Source of the DNA: an uncultured Candidatus Saccharibacteria bacterium
Lineage (GTDB): Bacteria; Patescibacteriota; Saccharimonadia; Saccharimonadales; CAYZZS01
Assembly: GCA_964483035.1 (NCBI GenBank)
Contig: CAYZZS010000002.1
Location: forward strand, 24,872 to 88,871
Direction: 5' to 3'
DNA: 64,000 bases
Position 1 is the stretch's first letter, and every line of letters begins with the position of its first letter. A model generated the notes under the pieces. That model ran no database searches. It saw only the letters and a program-made list of their open reading frames with translations, and had not been told where the DNA came from. The translations under genes and the position numbers were made by a program. Below, piece after piece: positions 1 to 9,668 of this stretch.

Positions 1-963
1 GTATACTTGGACAAGAATGGTGCTGAGCAGTCGGTAAGTTACGTAAGGGGGGAAGTGAAACTGAACTGGCGCATTGATTGGCCAGCTCGCTGGTCGCTGC
101 TTGGGGTGGATGTTGAACCGTTCGGCCGTGACCATGCCACCAAGGGCGGCTCTTATGATACCGGCAAGGTTATTGCAAGCAAAGTGTATGGTATTCCAGC
201 TCCGCTGCCGGTGCCGTATAACTTCATCAACAGAACCGGAGACACAAAGAAAATGAGCAAAAGTGCCGGTGATACGATAACGGCTGCCGAATTGCTCAAC
301 ATGCTGCCGGCAGAAGTTGTGTGGTATTTCATTATCCGCTATGCGCCGGACAAGCAGCTATTCTTTGATGAGGGGCCGACACTTATGCGTCTGGTGGATG
401 AGTTTAGTGAACTTATAGCCAAGCCGGATAAGTCTGAACTTGAATCGCAGCTGGTTGAGCTGTGCACTCAGGGTATCGAGACGAGGACGGTTAGCAATAT
501 TCCATTCACGCACCTTGTGGCCAGTTATCAGGCCTCACTCAAGGATGCTGATATGACGCTCGAAGTCATTAAAAGGACGGAGCACGCTGAAACAGCTGAG
601 GCGGATGCCGATATTATTCGAAACGAATTGCGCTTTATCGACGCTTGGCTGACAAAAAGTGCGCCAGAGGACGTAAAATTCGAACTGGCGCAAGACGTTA
701 GCCTTGTCGACTTGAGCGATGCGCAGCGGCAATATTTGTCAAAACTGGCAGATAAGATTGAGCAAGCGCCTGCTGATGCCGATGGGGAATGGTTCCATAA
801 GGCGATATATGACTTCAAGGAGACAAGCGGGTTGGCGCCAAAGGATCTCTTTGTAACCCTGTATCAAGTACTGATACGGAAAGACTCCGGCCCGCGCGCG
901 GGATGGTTCCTTAGTATTCTGCCTCGTGAGTGGCTGATCCAGCGCTTACGCCTCCAAGGGTAG
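1..963 (+). CDS. lysS: Lysyl-tRNA synthetase, class I (5'-truncated by the window edge)
   Basis: KLNWRIDWPARW, EPFGRDH, KMSKS and C-terminal SGPRAGWF motifs of class I LysRS; the frame is open from base 1. Confidence 0.93.
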   Translation, partial: VYLDKNGAEQSVSYVRGEVKLNWRIDWPARWSLLGVDVEPFGRDHATKGGSYDTGKVIASKVYGIPAPLPVPYNFINRTGDTKKMSKSAGDTITAAELLNMLPAEVVWYFIIRYAPDKQLFFDEGPTLMRLVDEFSELIAKPDKSELESQLVELCTQGIETRTVSNIPFTHLVASYQASLKDADMTLEVIKRTEHAETAEADADIIRNELRFIDAWLTKSAPEDVKFELAQDVSLVDLSDAQRQYLSKLADKIEQAPADADGEWFHKAIYDFKETSGLAPKDLFVTLYQVLIRKDSGPRAGWFLSILPREWLIQRLRLQG

Positions 964-1015
964 CCATTATTTCAAGGCTTCAACAGGCGTATACTGAAGA
1001 GTGCAGGAGGGGGCT

Positions 1016-1513
1016 ATGACTAATCAGGTGGTTTTTGCGGCAGGATGCTTCTGGGGAGTGCAGTATTAATTCGACCAGGTGCCGGGTGTGCTTGAGACAA
1101 CGGTCGGGTACACTGGCGGGCATACTGACAATCCAACCTATGAAGCAGTCTGCTCGCATGCGACGGGCCATGCTGAGGCAGTGGAGATAGTCTTTGACCC
1201 TGATGTGGTGACATATGAAGTGTTGCTTAAGCACTTCTTTCGGATGCACGATCCTACCCAGTTAAACAGGCAGGGTCCGGATATTGGTGACCAGTACCGT
1301 TCAGCTGTCTTCTATATGAACGATGAGCAAAAGGCGCAAGCTGAGCGAATGATAGAGGCGCTAAGTGCTCAAAATGCGTACGATAAGCCGATTGTAACGA
1401 AACTTGAGCCAGCGGCGGAGTTCTACCCGGCTGAGCCATACCACCAAAAGTACACAGAGCGAACTGGCCATGGTATGTGCCATGTATCGTATGCTCCTGT
1501 AGCCTCATCTTGA
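1016..1513 (+). pseudogene. msrA: Peptide methionine sulfoxide reductase MsrA interrupted by an in-frame TAA at 1067-1069 (pseudogene or base-call error)
   Basis: GGAGG SD, then ATG 1016 reads MTNQVVFAAGCFWGVQY*FDQVPGV...; the catalytic GCFWG lies before the stop, and GYTGG, HAEAVEI, RQGPDIGDQYRSAVF and FYPAEPYHQKY follow it in the same frame. Confidence 0.9.
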
Positions 1514-1587
1514 GCGAGGAGAGGCCGATCCTGATTAGCTGATAGGTTGGTTGCGCGAGCGGCTCTCATATATGCTATAGTGCTGTC

Positions 1588-2487
1588 ATGGCTAAGAAGA
1601 CTACAACATCGACCAGGAGTGCGAAAAAAACAGGAAAAAAGACAACCAATAAAAATAAAACTGCAGCAGTCGCCGTCGATTCGGTAAAAAAACAGCGCAG
1701 TGGCGGCTTGTTTGGTTTTCTGAAGGGAAATGAGGCGGGTCTCAATAAATTTAATTTAGTACTCTCATTCCTGTACTTGGTGCAGGCTATAGCGATTATC
1801 GTGCTAAGTAAGCAGGCGAGTCTACCGGTGACAAGTATGTACGGTACAGAGGATAGTCTAGCTACCGGAAGCGGGGAGATAGTGTCAGCCCAGGCGATAC
1901 GTCATTTGTTTGATGTTAGCTTGCCGTACATATTGGCTGTCATGCTGCTTATTCCGGCGGTATTGCACTTTGTTTCAGCAAATGTATTCGGGGCGCAGTA
2001 TAAGAAGGATGTGCAGGTTGGCCGCAACCGGTTCCGCTGGATAGACTATAGCGTCGGCGGAGGGCTTGCGCTATTGGTGGTAGCTATGCTGAGCGGTGTT
2101 CGGGATATCGCAAGTCTGCTGATGATAGCGGGTTTGAATATCGGGGTCTATCTGCTGGCTTCTATCATTGAATCAGCTGGTGCTCGCGGTGATGCGCGTA
2201 CCGCTCGCCTACGAAATGCAGGACTGCTGCTTGGCGCGCTACCACTTGTTACGATCGCATTGTACGCTATTAGTAGTCTGACGTATGGTGACGATGCGCT
2301 GCCGCTGTATCTCTATGGCTTATATGCGGTTACGATATTGCTTGGGCTGTTTTTGGCCTCGCGGTTGCTGGCGTTTTCAAGGAGTAAAGTCACTGATTAT
2401 CCATATGCAGATCGTCAGTTTAGCCTAGCGGGCTTGCTGGCGAAGAGTGCGGTAGCCTGGATAGTGTTTGCCGGTCTGCTCCGCTAA
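1588..2487 (+). CDS. Heliorhodopsin (divergent) with a Lys-rich N-terminal extension
   Basis: About 7 hydrophobic helices; HeR signatures NRFRWIDYS (TM3), AMLSGVRDIASL and LAKSAVAW (retinal Lys in TM7); beta-hairpin loop after TM1. Confidence 0.85.
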   Translation: MAKKTTTSTRSAKKTGKKTTNKNKTAAVAVDSVKKQRSGGLFGFLKGNEAGLNKFNLVLSFLYLVQAIAIIVLSKQASLPVTSMYGTEDSLATGSGEIVSAQAIRHLFDVSLPYILAVMLLIPAVLHFVSANVFGAQYKKDVQVGRNRFRWIDYSVGGGLALLVVAMLSGVRDIASLLMIAGLNIGVYLLASIIESAGARGDARTARLRNAGLLLGALPLVTIALYAISSLTYGDDALPLYLYGLYAVTILLGLFLASRLLAFSRSKVTDYPYADRQFSLAGLLAKSAVAWIVFAGLLR

Positions 2488-3120
2488 ATGCCAAAAGAGC
2501 ATTTGATTTTTGATTTTGACGGGACGCTAGCGGATAGTCTTCCGCTCTTGATTGCGCTGTTCTATGAAATCACCAAGAGCGAACAGCAATTCAGTGCAGC
2601 TGAGATTGAGCGGCTAAGGAATATGCCGGTGCAGCGTGTTATCAAGGAGCTTGGGGTGCCGCTTTACCGCGTGCCGCGACTGCTGATACACGGGCGAAAC
2701 CAGCTGACGAAACATATAGATGACTTGGCGGCAATTGATGGTATTGTGCCAGTGGTAAAAAAGCTGCACAAGAAAGGGTTTAAGCTATATATTGTCAGCT
2801 CAAACAGTACGCATAATATCCAGCTGTTCTTGGATAGGTATGGAATCGGGGCGTATTTCGAGCATATCTACGGCGGCGTGGGTATATTCGGTAAAGCTTC
2901 AGCGTTGAAGTCTGTTATGAAGCGGGAGAAGTTAGATCGGGGCAGCTGTGTGTATATCGGCGATGAGACGCGGGATATCGAAGCAGCTCGCAAGGCAGGA
3001 GTGGCAGCTATATCTGTTAGCTGGGGGTTCAATGGAAGGCAAATTTTACAAGAGTATCAGCCGGATGCGCTGGTTGATCTGCCAGGGGATCTTCTAAAGG
3101 CGACAGAAGCAGTACAATAG
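2488..3120 (+). CDS. HAD-superfamily hydrolase (phosphoglycolate phosphatase-like)
   Basis: FDFDGTLADS motif I, SSN motif II, YIGDETRDIEAA motif IV; ATG directly follows the heliorhodopsin TAA. Confidence 0.9.
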   Translation: MPKEHLIFDFDGTLADSLPLLIALFYEITKSEQQFSAAEIERLRNMPVQRVIKELGVPLYRVPRLLIHGRNQLTKHIDDLAAIDGIVPVVKKLHKKGFKLYIVSSNSTHNIQLFLDRYGIGAYFEHIYGGVGIFGKASALKSVMKREKLDRGSCVYIGDETRDIEAARKAGVAAISVSWGFNGRQILQEYQPDALVDLPGDLLKATEAVQ

Positions 3121-3126
3121 AGAGAT

Positions 3127-4377
3127 ATGGAGTCAGTGCGGATAGAAAAGCTAGTGCATGGCGGTCAGGGCATAGGGCAACTGGCTGATGGCCGTAAGGT
3201 GTTCGTATGGAATGCCTTACCTGATGAGTTGGTTTCGGTGCGGTTGACGCGAAAGCGCCGGGACTACGCCGAAGGTATCGCGGAAGGGGTGCTGGAGTCG
3301 TCACCGTATCGCATCGAGCCCAGGGATGAGGCATATTTAAGTACCAGTCCGTGGCAGGTTATGGATTTTGAAGCAGAAAATCGCTATAAGCGGGATATTT
3401 TGATTGAAGCCATGCAGCGTGAGCAGGTAGAGCAGATACCGGGTGACGTACAGTTTTACACTGATGGACGGCAGTGGCAGTACCGCAATAAGATGGAGTA
3501 TAGCTTTTGGGCGGATGATGATGGCCTGCATCTAGCACTGTTTTATCGCGGCAACCACGGTAAGCGGATTGTGGCTGGCAGCAGCATTGCCATGCCGGAA
3601 ATTGATGCAACAGCTCACAAGGTGCTGGCTATACTCAACGAAAACGGCATACGCGGCTCGCAATTAAAAACACTTGTACTGCGCTGCAATCAGGCCGGCG
3701 ATGTCGCAGCTGCGTTGTATGTCAAAGACGAGTCATTCCCGGATATTAAAAAGCTGGCCGAAGTAGGCAAGGGTATCGCTGTGTGCTACTCCAATCCGAA
3801 AAGTCCGGCTAGTGTGCTAACGCGGGAGCTGTACCGCTACGGTGATGTAGCATTAAGCGATACGCTCCTAGGTGTCACAATTACCTATGACGTGTTTTCG
3901 TTTTTCCAGGTCAATCTGCCGGTGTTTGAGACGGTACTGAAGCGTATAGATGAATTCAGCGGCGAGGCAGAAAATATCATTGATATGTATAGCGGCGTCG
4001 GGACTATCGGCGTGGCGCTGGGCGGCGCGAAAACTATCGTGGAGAGCGATCCGCATAACATTCCTTTCGCTCAGCGCAATGCAGAGACGCATGGCATTAA
4101 AGTAGTGCATGCTACGGCGGAACAGGCGCTCGACCGCATTACGGATTACGCTACGATTATTGTCGATCCGCCGCGGGCCGGTCTGCATGCTGATTTGGTT
4201 TCACGGCTGAATGAGGTAAAGCCCCGGCAGATTATGTACCTCAGCTGCAATCCAGCTACTCAGGCTCGGGACATTGCTCGATTACAGGAGAATTTCCGGC
4301 TGCGAATACTGGAGGGCTTTAACTTTTTTCCGCGCACCCCGCATATCGAATCTCTGGCTGTGCTTGAACGGTTGTAA
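3127..4377 (+). CDS. TRAM-domain RNA m5U methyltransferase (RlmD/TrmA family)
   Basis: N-terminal TRAM (GGQGIG...VFV), YRNKMEY, FFQVN, DMYSGVGTIG, VDPPRAG, YLSCNP, FFPRTPHIES. Confidence 0.9.
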   Translation: MESVRIEKLVHGGQGIGQLADGRKVFVWNALPDELVSVRLTRKRRDYAEGIAEGVLESSPYRIEPRDEAYLSTSPWQVMDFEAENRYKRDILIEAMQREQVEQIPGDVQFYTDGRQWQYRNKMEYSFWADDDGLHLALFYRGNHGKRIVAGSSIAMPEIDATAHKVLAILNENGIRGSQLKTLVLRCNQAGDVAAALYVKDESFPDIKKLAEVGKGIAVCYSNPKSPASVLTRELYRYGDVALSDTLLGVTITYDVFSFFQVNLPVFETVLKRIDEFSGEAENIIDMYSGVGTIGVALGGAKTIVESDPHNIPFAQRNAETHGIKVVHATAEQALDRITDYATIIVDPPRAGLHADLVSRLNEVKPRQIMYLSCNPATQARDIARLQENFRLRILEGFNFFPRTPHIESLAVLERL

Positions 4378-4428
4378 TGGCTGCTTGGTGACTGTATGCT
4401 GTAAGCCATAAGTAATAAGGTAAAAAAC

Positions 4429-5301
4429 ATGGAAAATCAAACCACGGGCCAACCTGTCCCGAATCAGCCGAACACTCAGCCAGTTGCAGCGCAGCCACAG
4501 ACAGTAAGTCAGCCGCCAGTGCAGTCGACGCCGCAGCCAGTGTATCCAGTAAGTCATCCGTCGATGCCGGACGGTGGCGGCATTGCCGCTGCACCGCAGC
4601 CGACTGTTGCAGCCTCTGGCGCCGTTCCTGCGCATGGTTTGCAAGATGCTGAAGGTGATAAGAGTTATGTACTGGCGGTTGTCTTATCGCATCTGTTCGG
4701 TGGTCTCGGAGTTGATCGGTTCTATCTGGGGTATGTTGGTACAGGAGTCGCTAAACTCTTGACGTTCGGCGGCTTCGGTCTATGGGCACTCATCGACGAA
4801 ATCAGACTGATATTTGGAGGTCTGCGCCAGCGGGATGGCAAGTATCTTCGTGGATATGCGGAACATAGTAAAATGTTCAAAATTATCTTCATGATACTGC
4901 TGGGTCTACAGTTTCTAATTGTGCTGCCCCTGTTCTTCGGTTTAATGCTTGCGACGATGACTGGCGTTCAATCGAAGGCTAGGGATACCGAGCGTGAGGT
5001 TGATATCAAAGCCATATACGCGCAAATCGAAGCATATTATGGCACGGAGATGCGATATCCGTCCGAGGCAGAGATTAATAGTGATGTGTTCCGCTCACTC
5101 AATTTCACTGGGCTGGATAAAGAGGCGTACAAGTCGCCAGAAGGAACATCGTACTACTTCGTAAAAACACCGACCAGGGAATCGTACGCCTATTCAGCAT
5201 CACCTATAGGGTGTGATAACATCCTCGTTGACTGCCTGGGCTATGCATTAGTGGCTGCAAAAGAAGACGGAACATTATTTACTAAAACTAACCTTAATTA
5301 A
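4429..5301 (+). CDS. Pro/Gln-rich N-terminus, TM2 domain and C-terminal pilin/pseudopilin-like domain
   Basis: LFGGLGVDRFYLGYVGTGVAKLLTFGGFGLWALID matches TM2; a TM helix followed by KARDTEREVDIKAIYAQIEAYY...YP resembles a GspG/pilin head. Confidence 0.7.
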   Translation: MENQTTGQPVPNQPNTQPVAAQPQTVSQPPVQSTPQPVYPVSHPSMPDGGGIAAAPQPTVAASGAVPAHGLQDAEGDKSYVLAVVLSHLFGGLGVDRFYLGYVGTGVAKLLTFGGFGLWALIDEIRLIFGGLRQRDGKYLRGYAEHSKMFKIIFMILLGLQFLIVLPLFFGLMLATMTGVQSKARDTEREVDIKAIYAQIEAYYGTEMRYPSEAEINSDVFRSLNFTGLDKEAYKSPEGTSYYFVKTPTRESYAYSASPIGCDNILVDCLGYALVAAKEDGTLFTKTNLN

Positions 5302-5308
5302 TCCGGTT

Positions 5309-6004
5309 GTGTCAAGATTGCATAGATTCTATACGGGTGATGAAGTTAAGCTGACGCATGATTTTTGGCTGCAGGACAAACGGCTGCTGTGGCAATGGAG
5401 CAAGGTGCTTCGATTCCAGGCTGGTCAGGAGGTGATTCTGTTTAATGGGGTAGGGCGTGACCGGCTGTACCGTATCGAAGCAATTACACCGGACGCTGCA
5501 CATTTACAGCACGTAACTGATCTGGTGCGCCAGGTGCCGGAGCGGGATGTGTACTTGTTCTGGGCACTGCTCAAAAAGGACAAAAACGATTGGGTGCTGC
5601 AAAAGTGCACCGAGCTTGGCGTGAGCCATTTTGTTCCATTGTTAAGTGAGCGGAGCGAGAAGCAGGGCTTGAATCCGGAGCGAGCAGAAAAGATCGTGAT
5701 TGAGGCTGCTGAGCAGTGCGGCCGCAGCGATGTTCCAAATATTCGTGAGCCGATGCTGCTGGAGTCAGTACTCAGAGAGTATGCAGGAAAAGTGCCGCTG
5801 TATGTTTGCGAACAGGCAAGCGGAGGCCGAGCGGATAAAGATATTCCAGACGAGTTTGGCCTGCTGGTTGGGCCGGAGGGCGGTTGGTCTGAGCGGGAGA
5901 AAAAGGTATTCCAGGAACACGAGCTAAAACATGTAGGACTGCACAAATTTACGCTTCGCGCTGAGACTGCGAGCGTTGCAGCCGCGGCATTGCTGATACA
6001 ATAG
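5309..6004 (+). CDS. rsmE: 16S rRNA m3U1498 methyltransferase RsmE
   Basis: QKCTELGV, EAAEQCGR, VGPEGGWS, LRAETA. Confidence 0.93.
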   Translation: MSRLHRFYTGDEVKLTHDFWLQDKRLLWQWSKVLRFQAGQEVILFNGVGRDRLYRIEAITPDAAHLQHVTDLVRQVPERDVYLFWALLKKDKNDWVLQKCTELGVSHFVPLLSERSEKQGLNPERAEKIVIEAAEQCGRSDVPNIREPMLLESVLREYAGKVPLYVCEQASGGRADKDIPDEFGLLVGPEGGWSEREKKVFQEHELKHVGLHKFTLRAETASVAAAALLIQ

Positions 6005-6011
6005 AGTACTG

Positions 6012-6812
6012 ATGAACTATTGGAGGGAACGGAGCCAGCCGTACAAGCCTGGACAAACAACACCCTATAAGGTGAGCCGCAGTAAGATCGAGCTATTCAA
6101 GCAGTGTCCGCGCTGCTTTTGGTTGGACGTGCGTCTGAAGATAAAGCGGCCGGATGGACCGCCGTTTAATATCAACAAAGCAATTGACGAGCTGTTGAAG
6201 CGGGAGTTTGATGCTCACCGCGCCGCAGGCACCCAGCATCCGCTGCAAGTGCGTTTTAAAATCGCAGCCAGGCCGTATCGGTGCGACCAAATTGACGCTT
6301 GGCGGGAAAATTTCGTAGGGGTACATACGGTTCATAAGCCCACTAACTTGCACGTGTTCGGCGCCGTCGATGATGTGTGGGTCAACGACACAGACGAGTT
6401 GATCGTGGTGGACTACAAGGCGACAGCCAAGGCTAAGCCGGTGAAGTCGCTCGGTCCAGTCGGTACTTGGCATGATGGGTATCGCCGGCAAATGGAGACT
6501 TATCAGTGGTTGCTAAGAGCTAACGGGCATAAAGTGAGTGATACCGGATACTTTGTCTATGCTACCGGTGATATGAATGGGGACGGCTTTAATGATGTAG
6601 TTAAATTCACTACGCATGTATTTCCGCACACCGGAAGCGATGCCTGGGTGGAACCAACGCTTCTCGCCATGAAAGAGTGTATGGAGGGTGATATTCCTCC
6701 GGTTGGCAAAAGTGCCATGGGGGGAGACTGTGAATTTTGCACCTATGCACGTCAGCGCACCGAGCTGACATTGCAAGCGGTGCGAGCTGCTCAAGCCAAG
6801 GGCAGACGGTAG
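6012..6812 (+). CDS. PD-(D/E)XK nuclease-family protein with Cys cluster (Cas4/AddB-like fold)
   Basis: SRSKIELFKQCPRC, GAVDD, VVDYKAT, QMETYQW, CEFC. Confidence 0.8.
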   Translation: MNYWRERSQPYKPGQTTPYKVSRSKIELFKQCPRCFWLDVRLKIKRPDGPPFNINKAIDELLKREFDAHRAAGTQHPLQVRFKIAARPYRCDQIDAWRENFVGVHTVHKPTNLHVFGAVDDVWVNDTDELIVVDYKATAKAKPVKSLGPVGTWHDGYRRQMETYQWLLRANGHKVSDTGYFVYATGDMNGDGFNDVVKFTTHVFPHTGSDAWVEPTLLAMKECMEGDIPPVGKSAMGGDCEFCTYARQRTELTLQAVRAAQAKGRR

Positions 6813-6841
6813 GTTGTCTTACGCAGGCTGTGCAATAATAG

Positions 6842-7816
6842 TTGTTAATGGTTATGGCAAACGATACGCAGCAGACGATAGACCTCTCAAGTCTGCATAG
6901 GTCATCTGATCTACAGCTGAAGTTGCCCCGTCTAGTTTCAGGTATTATCATCCTGTTCATTCTTGTGTCAATGCTGGCGATAGCATCAGTGCCATTTGCC
7001 GGAAGCACAAAGCTTGCTCTGTTATATTCGGCGATTCCGTGGCAAATCGGACTAATTCTATCCGGTTTGGTGATCGGAGGCGCGGTACTTTTTTATGTGA
7101 TAGAGAATAAGCGCCAGAAATCCATCTCCGCGTTTGCGCAAGCAAATAATCTGGCGAAACTTGATTCAGCGTACCTTATGCAACTTATTCCACCTTCGCT
7201 ACGAGGCGTTGGCAGACAGCAGAAAGCCGTAAACGGATTTGCACTACCAATCGCTGGTCGTATAGTGGTCGTATTCGAGTACTCGCACACTACCGGATCA
7301 GGTAAAAGTCGGAAGGTGCATAATTTTTCGCTTGCGGCGTTCAATACCAAGGAGTCCTACCCGCATATTTTTCTCGATGGCAAGATTAACGGTGTGAATA
7401 GCGAGTTTTCGGTAGATCAGCGAATCAGTCTGGAAGGGGATTTTGACAAGCACTTCCAGCTGTACGCTCCAGAAGGCGGCCGGGTTGCCGCGTTGGCGAT
7501 ATTGACGCCGGACGTTATGCAGACGATGATTCGTGCCGCATGGGCATACGATGTAGAGATAGTGGATCGGACGGTATTTCTGATTTCTGACCTTCCAGTC
7601 TACACCCAGGCTGGCATGGATCGGCTGCAGATGTGCATTAAGGCGCTTGCCGGAGAGTTGGATCATCGTGATAAGGCCTGGAGGCCGGTGGTATCGGATG
7701 AAGGATCTGTCATGACATTGAAAAAGCGGATAAAAGTGTGGGAGATAGCAATCGGGGTGGCAGTTCTCCTTTTTCTATTCTCCCAGTTCGTTTTGCCGTT
7801 AGTCTTTGCAGACTAG
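6842..7816 (+). CDS. Hypothetical membrane protein (start uncertain)
   Basis: Two N-terminal TMs and one C-terminal TM; soluble domain with SLEGDFDKHFQLY and ILTPDVM. Confidence 0.7.
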   Translation: MLMVMANDTQQTIDLSSLHRSSDLQLKLPRLVSGIIILFILVSMLAIASVPFAGSTKLALLYSAIPWQIGLILSGLVIGGAVLFYVIENKRQKSISAFAQANNLAKLDSAYLMQLIPPSLRGVGRQQKAVNGFALPIAGRIVVVFEYSHTTGSGKSRKVHNFSLAAFNTKESYPHIFLDGKINGVNSEFSVDQRISLEGDFDKHFQLYAPEGGRVAALAILTPDVMQTMIRAAWAYDVEIVDRTVFLISDLPVYTQAGMDRLQMCIKALAGELDHRDKAWRPVVSDEGSVMTLKKRIKVWEIAIGVAVLLFLFSQFVLPLVFAD

Positions 7817-7863
7817 TGCAAGGCTACCCCATTACCCGGGTTATTGTCGTATAATAGAGGCAT

Positions 7864-9108
7864 ATGCTAGATATTCAGTTTATTCGGGAGCATCGGGACC
7901 GAGCTCAGGGCGATGCCGATAAAAAGGGTGTGCAGGTTGATATTGCTAAGTTGCTGGAGCTGGACGAGCAGCGAAGATCACAGCTTGCCAGGATTGATGA
8001 TCTGCGCATGCAGCGTAATCAGTTGGCAGCTGCTATGAAAAGTCAGCGGCCAACAGAAGATCAGATTGCGAAGGGCAAGCAGCTGAAGGAAGAGATTGCG
8101 CAGCTCGAAGAAGCGTTGGCGGTAATCGAGGAGGGATATCAGGAGCTGCTGCAGGCGGTGCCAAATATTATTCCCGAAGACACGCCGGAAGGCGGCGAGG
8201 AGGCGAATCGTCCGGAGAAGACCTGGGGCGATCCCCGACAGGATGAGGTTAAGGATCATGTGGCGTGGGGCGAAGAGCGTGACATGATTGACTTTGAGCG
8301 TGGCGCCAAAGTTGCCGGGGCAAAATTCTACTACTTGAAAGGTGACCTGGTGCGGCTTGAGCTGGCAGTTTTCCAATTTGGCTTGCAGCTGGCGGCTAAG
8401 TACGGATTTATACCAATGACCGTTCCGCACATGGTGAACACCCGCACAGCTAGCGGCACTGGGTTCCTGCCGCGGGGCGAAGAGCGTCAGATTTATAAGA
8501 TCGAGGGCGAGGATCTTAACCTTATTGCTACGGCAGAGATTCCGATTACCGGCTATCATGCCGACGAAATCCTGGAAGCCGACTCCTTGCCGATTCTCTA
8601 TGTCGGCTTAAGCCCGGCGTACCGTATGGAGGCTGGCGCGTACGGCAAGCACAGTAAGGGTTTGTATCGGGTGCATCAATTTAACAAATTGGAACTATAT
8701 GTTTTCTGTAAACCAGAAGAAAGTGAGCAGTGGCACGAAAAGCTGGTCCGTCTCGAGGAGGAGCTATGCCAGGCGCTGGAAATTCCGTACCAGCTGGTGC
8801 GCATCGCAGCAGGGGACTTAGGTGGTCCGGCGTATAAAAAATACGACATCGAATACTGGAGCCCAGTTGATAAAAGTTACCGTGAACTCATGAGTTGTTC
8901 GAATGTTACCGACTATCAGGCGCGGCGGCTTAACATCCGTTACCGCAACGCTGATGGTAAGCCGGAATTTGTCCATACGCTTAACGGTACCGCGGCAGCC
9001 TTCAGTCGTATGGCAATTGCAATTATCGAGAATCACCAGCGGCCGGACGGTAAAGTGGAGGTGCCGAAGGCCCTGCATCCATACATGAACGGGAAGGCGG
9101 AGATTTAG
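7864..9108 (+). CDS. serS: Seryl-tRNA synthetase
   Basis: MLDIQFIRE start, coiled-coil arm, ATAEIP, GLYRVHQF, ELMSCSNVTDYQARRL, HTLNGT. Confidence 0.97.
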   Translation: MLDIQFIREHRDRAQGDADKKGVQVDIAKLLELDEQRRSQLARIDDLRMQRNQLAAAMKSQRPTEDQIAKGKQLKEEIAQLEEALAVIEEGYQELLQAVPNIIPEDTPEGGEEANRPEKTWGDPRQDEVKDHVAWGEERDMIDFERGAKVAGAKFYYLKGDLVRLELAVFQFGLQLAAKYGFIPMTVPHMVNTRTASGTGFLPRGEERQIYKIEGEDLNLIATAEIPITGYHADEILEADSLPILYVGLSPAYRMEAGAYGKHSKGLYRVHQFNKLELYVFCKPEESEQWHEKLVRLEEELCQALEIPYQLVRIAAGDLGGPAYKKYDIEYWSPVDKSYRELMSCSNVTDYQARRLNIRYRNADGKPEFVHTLNGTAAAFSRMAIAIIENHQRPDGKVEVPKALHPYMNGKAEI

Positions 9109-9170
9109 CTACATATTTTACCGTAGCCAAAATGAAGTTTGGCTGGATAGTTTTAAGTAAGGAGGGTGTC

Positions 9171-9533
9171 ATGATAGAAAAACTCGACGTTTCGGGCGTA
9201 CATATGAATGTCGGGACTAATCTGAACAAGTACGTGGTAAAGAAGATCGGCAAGCTGGACAAGTATCTGCCACGCCACGCGCGCGCAAGTGTCCAGGTTG
9301 ACGTGCGGCTCAAAGAGTCCCGGGCAAAGGACAAGAAGACCAGTACCTGTGAAGTGGTAATGCGTCTACCGCATGAAACGATTGCCGTTAAGGAAAGTAC
9401 CGTCAATATGTTTGCCGCAGTTGATATCGTCGAGGCGAAACTGAAGAACCAGCTCCGGAAATACAAGGACCTACATAGCACCAAGCGCTTGCACAATAAG
9501 ATTCTGGCTCGCTTGCGCCGCCAGTCCGCCTAA
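9171..9533 (+). CDS. hpf: Ribosome hibernation factor HPF/RaiA (short form)
   Basis: YVVKKIGKLDKY and NMFAAVDIVEAKLKNQLRKYKD; AAGGAGG SD before ATG 9171; lies upstream of secA. Confidence 0.88.
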   Translation: MIEKLDVSGVHMNVGTNLNKYVVKKIGKLDKYLPRHARASVQVDVRLKESRAKDKKTSTCEVVMRLPHETIAVKESTVNMFAAVDIVEAKLKNQLRKYKDLHSTKRLHNKILARLRRQSA

Positions 9534-9668
9534 GATCGGAGCCGCTGCAGCCGTGGGTTGCTACTTTCACCAAAATAAAAGGTAGTAAAGAAAACTCTCG
9601 ATTCCCTGAGGCAAAAAAGTTACAATGTATGCCGATACCTACATAACTGTGACTTAGGGAGCGACCTT

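Noticed and set aside
1067-1069. Stop-codon reassignment or selenocysteine in msrA
   Set aside because: The codon is TAA, not TGA, it is not at the catalytic Cys, and TAA, TAG and TGA all end conserved genes in this window
6012-6812. Cas4-like gene as evidence of a CRISPR-Cas locus
   Set aside because: No cas1/cas2, effector genes or repeat-spacer array in the window
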